Of a DNA stretch of 64,000 nucleotides, positions 59,900-64,000 are shown piece after piece (the stretch's first letter is position 1; each line of letters opens with the position of its first letter). The position numbers were made by a program, and so were the translations under genes. The DNA is from Eledone cirrhosa (Eukaryota): contig OZ024741.1 of assembly GCA_964016885.1 (NCBI GenBank), positions 194,990,001 through 195,054,000 of the forward strand. The letters run 5' to 3'. The notes under the pieces are model-generated. The model was not told where the DNA came from. It ran no database searches and saw nothing but the letters and a program-made list of their open reading frames with translations.

Positions 59900-62800
59900 G
59901 TATGCTGCCTTTGTTATATATCGTATGAGTCCTATACTATATATAGTATGCTGCATATTGTAAACATTGTATGCGGCCTATGTTATATATTATATGCGAC
60001 CTATGTTATATATTTTATGTGGCCTATGATAGATATTGTATATGGCCTATGTTATATATTGTATGCGGCATATGTTATATATTGTACGCTACCTATGTTA
60101 TATATTGTATGCTGCCTATGTTATATATTGTATGTAGACTATGTTATATATTGTGTGCTGCCTATGTTATATATTGTATGCGGCCTATGATCTATATTGT
60201 ATGTGGCCTATGTTATACATTGTTTGCTGCCTATGTAATACATTGTATGCTGCCTATGTTATATATTGTATGCTGCCTATGTTATATATTGTCTGTGGCT
60301 TATTTTATATATTGTATGTGGCCTATGTTATATATTGCATACTGCCTATGTTATATATTGTATGCTGCCTATGTTATATGTTGTATGTGGCCTATGTTAT
60401 ATATTGTATGCTGCCTATGCTATATATTGTATGCTGCCTATGTTATATATTGTATGTGGCCTATGTTATATATTGCAAGTGGCCTATGTTATATTTTGTG
60501 TGTGCCCTATGTTATATATTGTATGTGGCCCATGTTATATATTGTATGCGGCATATGTTTTATATAGTATGCTGCCTATTTTATATTTTGTATGCGGCCT
60601 ATGTTATATATTGTATGTGGCCTATGTTATATATATTATTCTGCCTATGTTATATATTATATTCTACCTATGTTATATAATGTATGATGCCTATGTTATA
60701 TATTGTATGTGGCCTATGTTATATATTGTATGCGGCACATGTTATATATTGTATGCTGCCTACGTTATATATTGTATGTGGCATATGTTATATATTGTAT
60801 GCTGCCTATGTTATATATTGTATGCTACCTATGTTATATATTGTATGCTGCCTATGTTATATATTGTATGTGGCCTATGTTATATGTTGTATGTGGCCTT
60901 TGTTATATACTGTATGCTGACCATGTTATATATTGTATGCTGCCTATGTTATAAAGTGTATGCTGCCTTTGTTATATATTGTATGTCGGCTATGCTATAT
61001 ATTGTATGCTGCCTATTGTAAACATTGTATGCCGCCTATGTTATATATTATATGCGACCTATGTTATTTATTTTATGTGGCCTATGATATATATTGTATA
61101 TGGCCTATGTTATATATTGTATGCGGCATATGTTATATATTGTACGCTGCCTATGTTATATATTGTATGCTGCCTATGTTATATATTGTATGTAGACTAT
61201 GTTATATATTGTATGCTGCCTATGTTATATATTGTATGTGGCCTATGTTATATATTGTATGCTGCCTACGCTATATATTGTATACTGCCTATGTTATATA
61301 CTCTATGTGGCCTATGTTATATACTCTATGTGGCCTGTGTTATATTTTGTATGTGGCCTCTGTTATATATTGTATTTCGGCTATGCTATATATTGTATGC
61401 TGCCTATATTATATTTTGTATGCGGCCTATGTTATATATTGTGTGCTGCCTATGTTATATATTGTATGTGTCCTATGATCTATATTGTATGTGGCCAATG
61501 TTATACATTGTTTGCTGCCTATGTAATACATTGGATGCTGCCTATGTTATATATTGTATGCTGCCTATGTTATATATTGTTTGTGGCCTATTTTATATAT
61601 TGTATGTGGCCTATGTTATATATTGTATGCTGCCTACATTATATATTGTATGTGACCTATGTTATATATTGTATGTGACCTATATTATATATTGTATGCT
61701 ACCTATGTTATATATTGTATGCTGCCTATTTTATATATTGTATGTGGCCTATGCTATATATTGTCTGCTGCCTATGTTATATATTGTATGCTGCCTATGT
61801 TATATATTTATGTGGCCTGTGTTATATATTGTATGCTGCCTATATTATATATTGTATGTGGCCTATGTTATATATTCTATGTGGCCTGTGTAATATTTTG
61901 CATGTGGCCTATGTTATATATTGTATGCGGCTTATGTTATATATTGTAGGTGGCCTATCTTATATATTGTATGCGGCATATGTTATATATTGTATGCTAC
62001 CTATGTTATATTTTTTATGCGGCCTATGTTATATATTGAATGCTGCCTATGTTATATATTGTATGTGGCCTATGTTATATATTGTATGCTGCCTATGCTA
62101 TATATTGTATGCTGCCTATGTTATATATTGTATTTGGCCTATGTTATATTTTGTGTGTGGCCTATGTTATATATTGTATGTGGCCCATGTTATATATTGT
62201 ATGCGGCATATGTTTTATATTGTATGCTGCCTATTTTATATTTTGTATGCCCCCTATGTTACATATTGTATGTGGCCTATGTTATATATTGTATGCGGCA
62301 TATGTTATATATTGTATGCTGCCTATGTTATATATTGTATGTTGCCTATGTTATATATTGTATGCTGCCTATGTTATATATTGTATGCTGCCTGTGTTAT
62401 ATATTGTATGTGGCCTATGTTATATATTGTATGCTGCCTATGTTATATTGTATGTGAACTATTTTATATATTGTATGCTGCCTATGTTATATATTGTATG
62501 TGGCCTATGTTATATATTGTATGCGGCATATGTTATATATTGTATGCTGCCTATGTTATATATTGTACGTGGCCTATGTTATATATTGTATGCTGCCTAT
62601 GTTATATATTGTTAGTGGCCTATGTTATATATTGTATGCTGCCTATGTTATATATTGTATATGGCCTATGTTATATATTGTATGCTGCCTATGTTATATA
62701 TTGTATGTGGCCTATGTTATATATTGTATGCTGCCTATGTTATATATTGTATGTGGCCTATGTTATATATTGTATGCTGCCTATGTTATATATTGTATGT

Positions 62801-64000
62801 GGCCTATATTAGATACTGTATGCTGCCTATGTTATATATTGTTAGTGGCCTATGTTATATATTGTATGCTGCCTATGTTATATATTGTATGTGGCCTATG
62901 TTATATATTGTATGCTGCCTACGTTATATATTGTATATGGCCTATGTTATATATTGTATGCGGCATATGTTATATATTATACGCTGCCTATGTTATATAT
63001 TGTATGGTGCCTATGTTATATATTGTATGTAGCCTATGTTATATATTGTATGCTGCCTACGCTATATATTGTATGCTGCCTATGTTATATATTGTATGTT
63101 GCCTATGTTATATACATTATGCGGCCTGTGTTATATTTTGTATGTGGCCTATGTTATATATTTTATGTGGCCTATGTTATATATTATATGCGGTATATGT
63201 TATATATTTTATGTGGCCTATGTTATATATTGTATGCGGCACATGTTATATATTGTATGTTGCTTATGTTATATATTGTATGTGGCCTACGTTATATATT
63301 GTATGTGGCCTATGTTATATATTGTATGCTGCCTTTGTTATATATTGTATGAGTCCTATACTATATATAGTATGCTGCATATTGTAAACATTGTATGCGG
63401 CCTATGTTATATATTATATGCGACCTATGTTATATATGTTATGTGGCCTATGATAGATATTGTATATGGCCTATGTTATATATTGTATGCGGCATATGTT
63501 ATATATTGTACGCTACCTATGTTATATATTGTATGCTGCCTATGTTATATATTGTATGTAGACTATGTTATATATTGTGTGCTGCCTATGTTATATATTG
63601 TATGCGGCCTATGATCTATATTGTATGTGGCCAATGTTATACATTGTTTGCTGCCTATGTAATACATTGTATGCTTCCTATGTTATATATTGTATGCTGC
63701 CTATGTTATATATTGTCTGTGGCCTATTTTATATATTGTATGTGGCCTATGTTATATATTGCATACTGCCTATGTTATATATTGTATGTTGCCTACTTTA
63801 TATACTGTTTGCTGCCTATGTTATATATTGTATGCTGCCTATGTTATATGTTGTATGTGGCCTATGTTATATATTGTATGCTGCCTATGCTATATATTGT
63901 ATGCTGCCTATGTTATATATTGTATGTGGCCTATGTTATATATTGCAAGTGGCCTATGTTATATTTTGTGTGTGCCCTATGTTATATATTGTATGTGGCC
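59900..64000 (+). repeat. Duplication at offset 3424-3470 bp running to the window end
   Basis: GAGTCCTATACTATATATAG at 59927/63351, TAAAC at 59961/63385 and TATTGCAAGT at 60471/63941. Confidence 0.82.

Larger units (their letters stand above)
1..64000 (+). repeat. 23-bp tandem satellite array, consensus GCCTATGTTATATATTGTATG(TG/CT), head-to-tail; roughly 2,780 monomers (64000/23); runs off both window ends
   Basis: CCTATGTTATATATTGTATG recurs every 23 bp from the first line to the last. The TG-type consensus has 11 T, 5 A, 5 G and 2 C. A 22-bp variant (TATGTGCCTATG) recurs. Confidence 0.99.
51200..64000 (+). repeat. Diverged layer 3
   Basis: Local markers TACTCTATGTGG, GTTTGCTGCCTATGTAATACATTG, GTAGGCCTC and ATTGTAAACATTG. 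The block at ~51.1-51.9 kb recurs at offset ~4132 (ORFs 51252/55384). Confidence 0.72.

Noticed and set aside
7-63614. Hundreds of + strand ORFs (60-779 aa) rich in Y, I, C, M, L and V
   Set aside because: They overlap in all three frames with the same peptide, frame-shifting 22-bp units are tolerated, and variation shows no codon-position bias. They are simple translations of a stop-free repeat.
1-64000. CRISPR array (repeat length in range)
   Set aside because: The repeats are contiguous with no unique spacers, and no leader or cas genes are present.
1-64000. Telomerase-synthesised long telomeric repeat (T/G-rich strand; some budding yeasts have 23-bp units)
   Set aside because: There is no match to a telomeric unit I know. 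A length of at least 64 kb with inherited kilobase higher-order duplications indicates recombination or replication-based amplification, not templated addition.
1-64000. TATA-box-like TATATA in every monomer
   Set aside because: It is an intrinsic part of the AT-rich repeat, with no gene or other promoter context to support a regulatory call.

Overview
The whole 64 kb window is one AT-rich (about 30% GC) tandem satellite array. The monomer is 23 bp, consensus GCCTATGTTATATATTGTATG(TG/CT), with a recurrent 22-bp deletion variant. I see no genes, RNA genes, transposons, CRISPR spacers or unique sequence. Every ORF in the track is an artefact: the + strand of the monomer has no stop codon in any frame. 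The array is strongly structured. Positions 1 to ~27.8 kb form a homogeneous domain of nested higher-order repeats (321-bp 14-mer, 803-bp module, 3447-bp 150-mer, ~6.0-6.1 kb duplication). This abuts, at a sharp boundary, more diverged layers (~27.8-45, ~45-51, ~51-64 kb), each with its own diagnostic variants and periodicities (1380, ~3000, 1608, 3424 bp). The most striking anomaly is a single inverted monomer at ~39292-39314, which makes two overlapping near-perfect palindromes inside a ~550-bp patch of broken, spliced monomers. The pattern fits eukaryotic (peri)centromeric or heterochromatic satellite DNA. Organism and function cannot be determined from the sequence alone. All coordinates and offsets were read by eye or from the ORF track and should be confirmed by alignment.
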